Assembly: GCA_051362555.1 (NCBI GenBank)
Contig: CM120648.1
Coordinates: 19,092,587 to 19,156,586, forward strand
Source: Lingula anatina
Taxonomy: Eukaryota > Animalia > Brachiopoda
DNA length: 64,000 nt
Direction of reading: 5' to 3'
The position numbers and the translations under genes were made by a program. This document shows positions 9,204 through 21,959 of this stretch, piece by piece; the stretch's first letter is position 1, and the number at the start of each line of letters is the position of its first letter. The notes under the pieces are model-generated. The model was not told the DNA's origin. It made no database searches and saw only the letters and a list, made by a program, of their open reading frames with translations.

Positions 9204-9367
9204 GGCTTTCCAGTATTTATTTTTGTGGATAGACTATCACTGTATCAGTGATGTGACTAACTGCTGAATCAACAGTTGTCACAGTTTAATCCTATATTTT
9301 TTCTCGTCAGACTATCACTTCGGTGATGTCGTTAGCATTAACGTCAGTCTGATCGAGGCTGGAAGCC
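9204..9367 (+). other. Structured element in the retrotransposon 3' UTR: two tandem three-way junctions inside an outer stem
   Basis: Pairings read directly from the sequence, including a C(TTCG)G tetraloop hairpin at 9314-9327; see findings. Confidence 0.65.
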
Positions 9368-9453
9368 ATTGTTATTGAAAAATATTTTTACATGTTTAAA
9401 CATGTATTGCTATTACTGGGAAAAAACTTTACCTTTTTTCGGCTCTTTTTAAT

Positions 9454-9467
9454 AAAAGTGGGGGGAA
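9454..9467 (+). promoter_or_regulatory. Polypurine tract of the Gypsy element
   Basis: AAAAGTGGGGGGAA immediately before TGTTGTGAT. Confidence 0.85.
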
Positions 9468-9757
9468 TGTTGTGATCGAAGTTTTTTCCTTCCTCCACCT
9501 GGTCTGCTCTTCATGTGCCAAGATAGGCCACCTCAGGTGAGTGAGCTAGGCCAGGTGGGGACAGCACGCCCCCTGCAGGAGATCGTCACTATTGTGACAT
9601 CACAACTGTCACAGATCATTGTCTAATATTCTGCACTCCGTACCGGACGTGTCTAGATTGACGATCCATCTACAATTCTATCAAAGAGCATAACAATAGA
9701 CAGCGATCACTCACCAATTCAGTAAGTAGACACAGTGAATACTTTAATAACATCACA
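9468..9757 (+). repeat. 3' LTR of the Gypsy element (~285 bp; ends either 9468-9752 TGTTG..TAACA or 9471-9757 TGTGAT..ATCACA)
   Basis: Follows the PPT, has TG...CA ends, and host coding sequence resumes right after. The partner LTR is outside the window, so the ends are not confirmed. Confidence 0.72.
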
Positions 9758-10332
9758 GGGTGACAGATGTGTCCAAGTGTACTCCACCAGAGGTCAGCAG
9801 GTGACAACCATGGGTCAGGGTCTACTGGAGTTACCACTGGGTATTACACTGAACAGACAAGGTCATGTGATGGTTTGTGACAGTGTAAAGAAGTCCATCT
9901 TCACATTCCATGCAGACAGTGGACAGCTCCTGAACACTATTCCACTCAGTATGTGTAGAGACCCAGCGTACATCACAGTGAACAGTGTGAATGATAACAT
10001 TGTGATATCAGACATGGGGGGACACTGTGTACATGTGCTGTCACCTACTGGTGATCATCTGTACAAGTATGACGGCAGCAGAGAAGGCAGTAAACTGAGT
10101 TTACCACAAGGAGTGTGCACAGACAGCTATGGTCACATCTTCATTGCTGACTGGGATAACGACAGGATAGTGGCACTGAGTCCACAGGGACAGTTTATCA
10201 GATACATTGTCACTGAGGATGATGGGTTGCGGCGTCCCAGTGCAGTAGTCATCAACCCTGCTACTGGTCAGCTGGTGGTGGGAGAGTGGTGGGGCAATGT
10301 TAAGACATTCCAGTACATTGAACTGAAACAAG
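9753..10332 (+). CDS. NHL-repeat beta-propeller exon (TRIM-NHL-like), cut at its 5' side by the Gypsy LTR
   Basis: Repeated NHL blades: PLGITLNRQGHVMVCD, PAYITVNSVNDNIVISD, PQGVCTDSYGHIFIADWDNDRI, PSAVVINPATGQLVVGE. Ends at donor AAG|GTGAGT (10332/10333) or at TAG 10340. Confidence 0.85.
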
Positions 10333-11175
10333 GTGAGTAGTTCATGTATTAACTGTGGATAAATATGTTTATTATGTAAAAATTTTGAAAGTTAATTAGT
10401 CTTACAATGTTTTTATCCATTAATATGTTTGCCTTTATTTCAATAAAAAACTTTTTAAGCATATTTATATAAATTCAGTAAGCACACAGCTGTGCTTTAG
10501 TAAAAATGTATGTAGAGTGGAGACATTTTCTATAGATAATACTTTACTGTTACTGACCAATTTCCATGAACCCATTAGTGATTAGGATTTTGAATAATGA
10601 TGAAGAACTCTTTTTAATGGACTTTATAGTGTGCTTTATTTGTATTTTTATTAAGTCACATGAAAAACATCTTACATTGTTTAATCCCTGAACTTCTTGT
10701 CCATTTGTCAGTGAAGAACAACTCAAATCTCACAACAGAACAGTCCAATTCTTCATATTCTTCATCTTGTAGCTCTTCATGAAAGCTTAGATATACCTAA
10801 ATTCTCAAATGTACTTTGTCAAGTTTCTTGATGTCTTACCACTTCTAGATTCAAAGACATTTCATCACCAGTTTGTTGTTAACACACACAAATAAATTAA
10901 ATGTTGAAGTACTTTGGATGATACCTTATTTTCCTGACTTTGTAGATTGTTGTTTGCAAATAAAACTAGCAGACGACCATTTTTCATGAAATGGAACTAC
11001 TTTTTACAGGAAGTAGTGTATTCATACACAACAGTGACCTTGGGTTTGGAATACAAAAAAATAGTACATGCATTCATACTGTCACAGCATGCAAATTATA
11101 ATGAAATATACAAAACTAAACATTTTTATGTAACACAAGTTAAATGCATTTTTATTTATTAAAATAATTTATTTA

Positions 11176-11216
<41 letters not shown>
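11176..11216. repeat. (ATT)n microsatellite
   Basis: Visible trinucleotide run. Confidence 0.9.
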
Positions 11217-11218
<2 letters not shown>

Positions 11219-12333
11219 CTGGATAAAAACATTGATGAAATGGTTTTGACCACCTTTTTGGACTTTTTAAACTTCATGCTGATGGACCCACATATTTATG
11301 TCAAAGTCCCGGACCAAATCTAGTCCCATGAATAAAAAGCCCAGACCCCATGTTTATTACGCCCTGGCTGGGCCCATTCTTAATGGTGTTTGTTTTGTTA
11401 ACAGCATAGTGGGCAAGTTAATTGACCAAGTTAATTGGCCAAGCTGCCAGTTTGTTTGTATGGCATGTGCAGGGGATGTTTTATAGAATAATAAAATCAG
11501 ACAGAATATGCTGTGATTCCTAAATAAAATAGATGGGGGGGGGGGGGGGGGGGGGGGGGGGTAGTAGACACCAAGGGGCTCATGATTATAAATACCATAT
11601 AGCATTAATAATGATGGTTACATCCCAGATATTTTGCTCCTATGAACAGTGTCTTTGATATCAGTCTATCGGCAATCTCCAATCATAAATTGTTAATTTA
11701 TCAGACACTTGTAACATTAACCACATTTAATTGTTCACCCTGATTGTGAAACAGCCTTTTGCTCCAGATGTACTTAGTCTTCTCCAAATTAAAAAAAAAA
11801 AATATGGATGTTGATAAAATTTATTCTGAACAGTCTATAAGCCAGACAGATTCAGTACAATGGCATATGTATTTGTAGGTTGATAAGTTATTAAATAAAG
11901 AAAAAAAAACTTCATGTAATAATCATAATAGTGATACATAATACATGTATGATGATACATTTCACCACATTATGATGCAAACACCATCAAATGGAAACAA
12001 AAATAAACTTGTTATTAAACCAACTGAACAAATATTTGTGCCAAGCAGATATTTAGCATTGTACAATGTACATGTATTTCAGGAACTGCTCAGAATTATG
12101 CTGATTGCCATTTCAATTCTAAATTAAACAAACATCAACGTTGCCTACAAAACTGATACAACTGCACCAAATATCTCTTGCTATATGAAATACTTGTTGA
12201 AATGATGTTTTCAATAGAACTTATATTTTGTTTCATTTTTTTATTTAATCATGAGAAAAACATTCTAAAATGTTTAATCCCATTTCTTAGTATTATCATT
12301 ATGCTTCACATATATATCAAGGCTGTTGCAATG

Positions 12334-12394
12334 TTTTTTTATGTACAGACACAGATGTGTCTGTACATATAGCCATCATCTGCGTCTGTCGTCG

Positions 12395-12425
<31 letters not shown>

Positions 12426-15400
12426 GCACTTTTACCAATAACACGATAAGTGGAAAACCATTTTGCCTTTTGATTTGAAACTTGCAGAACTGATGAATAT
12501 TCATAATACGCAGGTCAAGTTCGAAAATCAGCATGATCGGGTCACTCTTAGGGAATTTATGCTGTTTTTTCACTTTTTTCAACATATATGCAGCACCGAT
12601 AACACAATAAGTGGAAAACCATTTTACCCTTTGGCTTGAAACTTACAGAACTGATGAATATTCATAATATGCAGGTCAAGTTCGAAAATCGGCATGATTG
12701 GGCCATTTTTAGGGAATTTATGCTGTTTTTTCACTTTTTCAGCATATATGCAGCACCGATAACACAGTAAGTGGAAAACCATTTTACCTTTTGGCTTGAA
12801 ACTTACAGAACTGATGAAAATTCTTAATACGCAGGTCAAGTTCGAAAATCAGCATGATTGGGCCATTTTTAGGGAATTTATGCTGTTTTTTCACTTTTTT
12901 CAGCATATATGCAGCACCGATAACACGATAAGTGGAAAACCATTTTACCTTTTGGCTTGAAACTTACAGAACTGATGAATATTCATAATACGCAGGTCAA
13001 GATCGAAAAACAGCATGATTGGGTCATTTTTAGGGAATTTATGCTGTTTTTTCACTTTTTTCAGCATATATGCAGCACCGATAACACGATAAGTGGAAAA
13101 CCATTTTACCTTTTGGCTTGAAACTTACAGAACTGATGAATATTAATAATACGCAGGTCAAGTTTGAAAATCAGCTTTATCGGGTCATTTTTATGGAAGT
13201 TATGCTATTTTTTCATTTTTTTAGCATATATGCAACATTGATACACGATAAGTGAAAAACTGTTTTACCTTTTGGCTTGAAACTTACAGAACTGATGAAT
13301 ATTCATATTACATATGCAAAGTTTGAAAATCAGCGTGATCGGACCAATTTTATGGAAGTTATGCTGTTTTTTTCACTTTTTTCAGCATGTATGCAATACC
13401 GCTAACGCATTTCAAGAAAAATCAATTGGCCAATTGTCTTGAAATTTACAGGGGAGATCAGTCTTACTGAAATACAGATGGAGTTTGAAAATGGTTCAGT
13501 TTTGGTGAAGTTATGCCTTTTTTTGTATATAAGTGTTTTTTTTTTTTTCCTTTGATTTAATTCTTAGGCATGTTAAGAATCTCCTCTGTGAACTAATTAA
13601 ATATGTAAAGGTGTTCTTTTGACATTTTCTGCATCTTAACAATATTGTTAGTTGATTATATAAAAAAGATGGTTAACCTGTTATTGTGTATTATATAACA
13701 AAGTGTCAAAAATGGAAATAATAATAAACTCATATCTTTACAGTTTGTCAGATTCAATCATTCACCATGTTCAGAATCTCAGAATGGAGCAAAATGGCAA
13801 TTTAAAATTGTTCTATTGATATTTTTCCTATGACAGCAATTTTCTTAGTTGTTCATTTAAAAATGACAGTAAATTGATTATTTTGTTATATGAAAAAAAG
13901 ATGTTGAAAATGGAAAGAAAATCAATTCAATACAGTTATCTTTTGTTTACATTTTAGCATTTTGAAAGTGTGACTCTGAACTTCCATGGCCTTGAGGACA
14001 TTTCCATGTCACATTTTCTGTAAATCCATGATACTTTTATTTTATTATTAAAAATTAATGGTCATTATATTATATTGCATAAAAGTTGAAGAAAACCCTA
14101 ATTTTGGAAATGGCTGCCGGAATGACCACTAAGGAAAAACCATGTTACTCATGATACTCAAACTTACTGAAAAGTTTCGTAAATCAGTGTGATTGTTTTC
14201 CGTTTTGGAAGCAATGTAGCTCTATAGAGTGCTATATGGGGCTACTGTGTATGGATGGTGGTAATTGCCCCTTGGGATAGTCACAAGCTAAATTCAGAGC
14301 TATAAAATCATTTGCCTAATTGATTTCCAAGTGCCCATTAAATAAGATTACATAAAACACACGCTGAGACTTCCCAGTAAAGTCCCATAGGTTAAGCTCT
14401 CTTAACTGTGTCACATAATTAGGAATCTATGATAATTATGCAGGTAAATGTTGTTTAATATTGCAAATAAGTTAAAGCAATAATAACTCTTCCTTTGAGA
14501 TTCAAAATTCCGCATGAAATACATTGTAAACAACGCATGGAAATATATTCTATTGTATTTTACCACTAAAACGGCCGTTATTGTAGTAAAACTAAAATCT
14601 GTGCTTGTCAATAGGGCTTTCGAAGCTTGCATCAAGGCATTCGTTGCTAATGACGTAATGGTGTCACGCGGATTCTCGCGTTCATTCGAGACCAAAATAA
14701 CATATGGCGCCAAACGCATTAATGCGGACGCAGACGTAAGTTGCGAGTTTTTGTACAGTGCGTCGGATAACAAAAAGCCCAGAACGGCACACATTGTGGA
14801 TATTATGTATTTTTAACAAAAAGACGAATATATCTCATGAATCTTATATAGTGTTGTTGTTGTCTGCTTTTCCCGCGGTTTTAAGTAGGTCAACAGTGAC
14901 TATGCGATGTCAGAGAGAGCTCCGTCAGTTAAAATCTCTTAAGAGATTTTAACAAAAAACCGTACGTTTAGGAAAAAAACCCTGGATTAACTTTGAATGC
15001 AGGAATGGGGTCGCTGACCATTGGTAAGTACGGGAAAATTGCCGTTTACTCCAGGAAAATCCAATTTTTGGCCAAAATGAAGAGTTATTATGACTTTAAC
15101 AAAACAAAACAAAAAAATAGATGAATAACAGTGTCTTATTATCCTCAAACACATTGGGGTTATTCATATCATGTTATTACAGCAAGATTAAAAGTTTGAA
15201 TAGTAGCTTTAATGGGATATTTTTGTGTTTTCTTTTTAATTTTTTTTTTCAAACACTGGCATTTTCAGCTCCCATCCACCTGAAGCTCTTCACATTTTCT
15301 GTATTTCCACATAAGCAGTTGCATTGGTTTTTATGTCTTTAAACATTATGTAATATTATTTTATGCACTGTCATCATTATTTAGATATTGGGATTTTCAT

Positions 15401-15740
15401 TATGTGAATTTGGTCCTGAAACTGTAATCTTATTGCAGGGGTGGATTGAGGCCATCTTCTGGGTCTTTCAGATTTTAAAGTTCACATTGATGGGCATCTC
15501 TTTTTTCTGTTGGAAGACCATCAAAAATGTAGGATGGATCAACAAAGATAATTTGGAATACTGTCAGAAAATATCTCTGGATCAGCTCCTGTTATTGACG
15601 ATGTCACCTGTTGTGCATGATTAAATTTCAGCGTTGATTGACAGTGCTATTGTAGGCATCAAAATTGACAAAATGAACCATTTTCTGCATTTTTATTTTG
15701 TGTTTTTGTCTGTACATTTGACAGCTTTGCTGCCTTGTTT
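12334..15740 (+). mobile_element. Helentron/DINE-1-like non-autonomous element, family A (160-bp tandem core)
   Basis: T run, then hairpin ATGTACAGACAC-AGAT-GTGTCTGTACAT and a (GTC/GCC)n microsatellite; ~6 x 160-161 bp repeats (12440-13400); 3' sub-TIR GTCTGTACAT (15708-17) and hairpin GACAGC-TTT-GCTGCC before a T run. Confidence 0.7.
14476..15095. mobile_element. Kolobok-like non-autonomous DNA transposon
   Basis: TTAA on both flanks (14472-75, 15096-99); AG...CT termini; TIR AGCAATAATAACTCTTC vs GAAGAGTTATTATGACT; the paralogous repeat at ~17655 lacks the insert. Confidence 0.8.
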
Positions 15741-18519
15741 ACTTTTTTCAGCATATATGCACCACCGATAACACGATAAGTGGAAAACCATTTTACCTTT
15801 TCCCTTGAAACTTACAAAACTGATGAATATTCATAATACGCAGGTCAAGTTCGAAAATCAGCATGATCGGGTCATTTTTAGGGAATTTATGCTGTTTTTT
15901 CACTTTTTTCAGCATATATGCAACCCCGATAACACCATAAGTGGAAAACCATTCTACCTTTTGGCTTGAAACTTACAAAACTAATGAATATTCATAATGC
16001 ACAGGTCAAGTTCAAAAATCAGCATGATTGGGTCATTTTTAGGGAATTTATGCGTTTTTTTTCACTTTTTTCAGCATATATGCAGCACCGATAACACCAT
16101 AAGTGGAAAACCATTCTACCTTTTGGCTTGAAACTTACAAAACTGATGAATATTCATAATACGCAAGTCAAGTTCAAAAATCAGCATGATTCGATTATTG
16201 TTAGGGAATTTATGCTGTTTTTTCACTTCTTTCAGCATATATGCAGCACTGATAACACAATAAGTGGAAAACTGTTTTTTCATTTGGCTTGAAACTTACA
16301 GAACTAATGAATATTCATAATACGCAGGTCAAGTTTGAAAATCAGCAAGATCGGGCAATTTTTATGGAAGTTATCCTGTTTTTTTTTTTTTTTTTTTTTT
16401 TCAATTTTTTCAGCACTTTTATAACACCAATAACATGATAAGTGTAAAAATGTTTTTCCTTTTGGAGTGAAATTTACAGAACTGGTGAATATTTATAATA
16501 CGCAGGTCAAGTTTGAAAATTGGCATGATTGGACTAATTTTACAAAAGTAATGCTGTTTTTTTCCCTTTATTCAGCATACATGCAACACTGATAATGCAT
16601 TTTAAGGAAAACCAATCAGCCTTTTGTCTTACAACTCACAGGAGTGATCAATCTGACCAGTATACAGATCAAGTTTGTAAATAAGCTTGATCAGTTAAGT
16701 TTTGATGAAGTTATTAGCCTTTTTGTATATAAGTGGTTTTTCTTCAGATTTAATTCTTAAGCATGTTAACAGTCTCATTACGGAACTAATTGGATATGTA
16801 AAAGTGTTGTTTTAACATTTTCTGCTTCTTAACAATATTGTTAGTTGATTATATAAAAATGACGGTAAACCTATTATCGTGCATTGTGTAATAAAGTATC
16901 AAAAATGGAAAGGAACTCATCATTGCAGTTCGTCAGATTCAATCATTCACTATGTTCAGAATCTCCAAATGGAGCTAATTGGACATTATAAATTGTTCTA
17001 TTGATATTTTTCCTATGTCAACAATTTTCCTAGTTGATCATTTAAAAATGACAGTTAATTGATTATGGTTTTATGTAAAAAAGGTGTTGAAAATGGAAAG
17101 AAAATCATTTCAGTACAGTTATCTCTTGTTAACATTTTGGCATTTTGAAAGTGTGACCCTAACTTCCATGTCCTTGGAGACCTTTCCATATCACATTTTC
17201 TGAATATCCATGATACTTTTATTTTTTTATAAAAAAATTGATGGTCATTATGTTGTTAAGTATTATGTTATATTGCATGAAAGTTAAAGAAAACCCTATT
17301 TTGGACACTGCTGCCAGGATAGCGATTAAAGGAAAACCATGTTACTTATGATAATCAACCTTACTAAAAAGACTGAAGTGCAGCTTGTGTTTGAAAACCA
17401 TCGTAATTGTTTTCTGTTTTGAAAGCAATGCAGTACAGTGCTATTTGGTGCAATAAATGTATATGGATAGTAGGCAGTTAATTCAGGGTTATAAAATAAT
17501 TTGCTTAATTAATTTTTAAGTGGGCATTAAATGAGATTACAATGAAATCTCAATGTGTGTTTATGTAAAGTCCCATCGGTTTAGCTTTCTTAACTGTGTC
17601 ACATAATTAGGAATCGATGATTATTATGCAGGTAAATGTTATTTAATATGGAAAATAAGTTTACAAAAAAAATTTTGTGTAACGCTTACATTAATGCTAA
17701 AGATGAATAACAGTGCCTTATTATTCTCAAACTCAATAGGGTTATTCATATCATTTTAGTAATTGTACAGCTAGATTAAAAGTTTGAAAAGCAGCTTTAT
17801 TGGTATTTTTTGTTATGTTTTATTTTACATTTTCTTTTAATTTTTTATGCTGTTTTTTCACTTTTTTCAACATATATGCAACATTAATAACACAATATAA
17901 GAAAAACAGCTTAGCCAATTGTCATTATATTCACAGGAGTGGTCAATCTTACAAAAATGCAGGTTGAGTTCGAAAATCAGCGTTATCGGGCCATTATTTT
18001 AGAAGTTGTACTTTTTTTTCAAATTTCCTCAGATTCAATTCTTAGGCATGTTAACAGTCTCATTATTGAACTAATAAGATACGTAAAAGTGTTTGTTTGA
18101 TATTTCCTGCATCTTTACAACATTGTTAGTTGATTATGTAAAATTGATGGTAAACTTGTTATCATGTATTGTAATCAAGTGTCCAAAACGGAAATAAACT
18201 CATATCATTGCAGTTTGTCAGATTCAATCATCCACATCTGCCATGATGACCATGATGGGAAAACCGTGTTACTTAAGATTGTCAAACTTTCAAAAAAGAA
18301 ACACAGGACTAAAATGCAGCCCGAGTTGGAAAAGCAGTCTAATAGGCTTCTTTTTCTGGAAGTTATACATTTTAGTGAAATATTCATTATCTTTTTGGCA
18401 TATTCATTGTGGGACTCGGAGCTCCCATGGACATGAAGCCGGATGGTAATCAAATTTTCTACATGTTCATGCTATTTATAGTCAATAATCAAAAATTGGT
18501 GATAATTATTCTATAATTT

Positions 18520-20259
18520 ATTAGTACCACCAGCGTGTACGCTGGCGGTACTCATGGATTTAGTCTCGACCCGTCTCGTACGGCTCCGTAAGCTCCGCCG
18601 GCTCCGTTGGCTCCGCAGGGTGTCGTGGGATACAAGTCACCGTTACCGCTTCTCCTCCTAGACCGCAATGACCTGTGCCCCCATCTCTTGGATTTAGGTC
18701 ACATATAATCTCAACTTGAACCCCCTGGTATTTTTGTCTCAGTCAGTGCTTTGGCCTGGGCGTGACGCTCGTTGAAACGCACCCTTGTCAAAATTTTGGA
18801 AAATTCAATGCTAAATATCTCCCAAACCGAAGGAAATATGGGAAAAATTACTACAGAAGTCTGACCGAAAGTCATATGTGGAGATTCCAAATATGCCCTG
18901 AGATTTGATTTTTGACCTTTATTTCAAGGTCAAACGGGCCAAAATTTTCTAAACATGGGACTTTTCTGCAAAAAAATATTTGTTTGTACCAATTTTCAGA
19001 AACTACACAGACCTAAGCTCTCATATTATGGCAAGGGGTTACAATCAGGGACTCCTTTCATCTTTGAGAGTTTGGGGTCAATAGGTGCATTTTCATGGGA
19101 GAAGCGGCCATTAGATATGAGACTGAAAACTCTCTCAAATTCTGGAACCGTAAATGCCAGAGACCTTTTGAATTTTGCAATTTTTAGGACTTGTCAAGCA
19201 CAATACTGGAGGTGGTGTCAATGTTTTTGTTTTCGATACGGTTTAGGCGTTGCGCTATATAAAAAAGTACAACGCAATATTCAGTGGTAAAAATAAAATG
19301 TGAATTACTCCAAAATTAGCAGAGATATGCCCATAGTTCCTATTGAACTTGAACTGGAAGTCATATACTGACAATCTAACTGTGACCTTGAAATTGACCT
19401 GTGACCTACTTTTCATTATGAACTGCACTTTGCAATTTTTCTGATCTTCATATCTCCAAAACTGGCAAAGATACGACCATAGTTACTATTGAACTTGATT
19501 AGGAAGTCATATACTTGCAATCTAACTGTGACCCTGAAATTGACCTTTGACCTAATTTCCACCATGAACTAAACTTTGCAAATTTTCTATCCTTTATATC
19601 TCCAAAACTGGCAGAGATACATCCAAAGTTACTGTTGAACTTGAATAGGAAGTCATATAGTGGCAATCTAACTATGGCCTTGAAATTGAGCTTTGACCTA
19701 CTTTTTATGATGAACTGCACCTTGCATGTTTTCTGGCATTTATATCTCCAAAATTGGCAAAGAAATTCCCATGGTTACTATTGACCTTGAATAGGAAGTC
19801 ATATACTCTGACCTTGAAATTGACCTTTGACCTACTTTTTCACCTGGAACTTAACTTTGCATATTTTCTTGCCCCTTATATCTTCAAAACTAGCAGAGAT
19901 ATGCCCATAGTGTTGCCCAAGGTTTACTCTTTTGTCAGCATACTACAGATGCAACAATGATAACACATTTCAAGGAAAACCAATAGGTCTATTGTCTAGA
20001 AAATCACAGGAGTGATCAGTGTTAGGAAAATACAGGTCAATTCCAAAATCTGCATGATTGGACCATTATAGTTATGTTTTTTTTTTTTTTTCATTTTTTT
20101 TACATATTTTGAGAACTCTTGTTGATTGCATTTTATAGAGCTTGTTAAGCACAAGACTGGAGGTGGTGTCCCTTTTTTTTTTTGGTTTTCCATACGAATG
20201 CGCTTACTCCAGCTGGTGGTACAATATCCGGAGGCGGTATCGCCTCTCTGATCCTCTAG
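18520..20259 (+). mobile_element. Helentron/HINE family B copy (146-bp tandem core)
   Basis: 5' GTACCACCAGC with local inverted repeat and CGGCTCCG microsatellite; 3' GCTGGTGGTAC, hairpin GAGGCG-GTAT-CGCCTC and terminal CTAG followed by T. Confidence 0.8.
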
Positions 20260-20912
20260 TTATGTAATGTTACATCAAAATTGACAATAATCTTTTTGCA
20301 CTGCTACTGCAAACATTACGAAAAGAAAACTGTGTTATTTATTATTATATTTAACTTAAGAGTATGATTTTTAGGATTGGCATGCAGTTCAAATTAGAAA
20401 GCCAGGTCAATTTGGTTATCATTTATTATTGAATTTAATGCAATTTTGTGTGAAATTTCATTTTGCTCATTCTGGCACTTTCTAAGTATAAACTTGAACT
20501 CTGATGGGCCTGAAGCCTTATGCTTTTACTTTCGTCGGTGTTACCTGTTGTGCAAAATTAAAATTTGATGTTGACTGTGCAGTTAAACATAATGTATTAT
20601 TGCATCAGAAGTGGTGGTCTCCTATTTTGTGCATATTGTTTTGTGCTCTTCTTAAGTTGTGACTTATGGGCCTGAAAGACCTTTGAGAGGGTCAGTCTAT
20701 AAATTTCCCTTGGGTATCACTTCGCTAATTTCAGTTATAAAGTAATTTGCCTATTTGATAGGCTACATAAAGCACACTTGTGATTTGAGATTACATAAAG
20801 CACACTTGTTGATATTTCCCTGTAAACTCCCATAGGTTAAGCTCTCTGTTAGATTAATAATAAGGAAGCAGTGATAATTATGCAGGTAAATTTTGTTTAA
20901 TATTGCAAATAA

Positions 20913-20919
<7 letters not shown>

Positions 20920-20994
<75 letters not shown>
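20920..20994. repeat. (AT)n microsatellite
   Basis: Visible dinucleotide run. Confidence 0.95.
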
Positions 20995-20997
<3 letters not shown>

Positions 20998-21042
20998 AAC
21001 TGAAAGATTAAAAGTTTGAATAGCAGCTTCATTGGAATTATA

Positions 21043-21226
21043 TTTACCTCTGCCAAGGAGGTTATATTTTCACCCCTGTTTGTCATCAACATAACTCAAA
21101 AAGTTATGGACCGATTTTGCTGAAATTTTCAGGAACTGTCAGAAGTGGGCCAAAGAGGACAAAAATCAATAATAATCAACAATTGCTACCTTGGCAGAGG
21201 TCTGCACTCCTGGAGTGCTTTTCTAG
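21043..21226 (+). mobile_element. Short HINE/DINE-like element, family C
   Basis: Sub-TIRs ACCTCTGCCAAGG / CCTTGGCAGAGGT, 3' hairpin GCACTCC-T-GGAGTGC, ends CTAG + T run. Confidence 0.75.
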
Positions 21227-21959
21227 TTTTGTTATGTTTTCCTTTATAATTTTTTCTCAAATACTTGCATTTGTGACTTTTAACTCTCATCCGCCTGAGA
21301 CTCTGACATTTCTGTATTTCCACATAAGCAGTTGTATTGTTTTTTATGTCTTTAAACATTATGTTACTTATGTAATATTTTTTTATGCACTGTCATCATT
21401 TTTCAAATATTTAGACTTTCATCATGTGAATTTGAACTCTCATGGTCCTGAAACTGTAATCTTATTGAAAGGGTAGATTGAGACCATCTTCTGGGACTTC
21501 CGGAAGACAGTCAGGTTATTAAGTTTATATTGCCTGGTATCTATTTTTTCTTCTGTTGGAAGACCATCAAAATGGAGGATGGATCAAAATAGATACTTTG
21601 GAATACTGTCAGAGAATATCTCTGGGTCCGCTCATGTTATTGACCATGTTACCTGACAAAATGACCTTTTTTGCATCTTTATTTTCTGTTTTTTGTCTGT
21701 ACATTTGACAGCTTTGCTGCCTTGTTTTAACTAGTAAGCAAAATCTCTTATACTGCTGCAGCACATCATCTACTAGCTATAATTTTTACATCTGATGGTT
21801 TTTAGAAGTTACTGTCCCTGTGATTCATCAGCTAATATTGTTTTTTTTTTTTTTTTATAAATCATATTGTGTAATATTATTCTGTGTTGTTGTTAAAGGG
21901 ATAACTCATAAAAATATAACAAATTATGTTTTACCACTAAAATGGCAGTCAACACATTT

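Larger units (their letters stand above)
1..9757 (+). mobile_element. Ty3/Gypsy LTR retrotransposon with PHD-finger integrase and TatD-domain extra ORF; 5' LTR lies left of the window
   Basis: gag with CCHC knuckle; pol in PR-RT-RH-IN order; polypurine tract at 9454-9467 directly followed by TGT...; sequence switches abruptly to host NHL coding DNA at ~9753-9758. Confidence 0.93.
15741..21730 (+). mobile_element. Further family A segments (161-bp tandem array 15750-16600) with nested insertions
   Basis: Same 161-bp unit and downstream modules as 12334-15740; 3' end GTCTGTACATTTGACAGCTTTGCTGCCTTGTTT at ~21695-21727. Confidence 0.65.
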
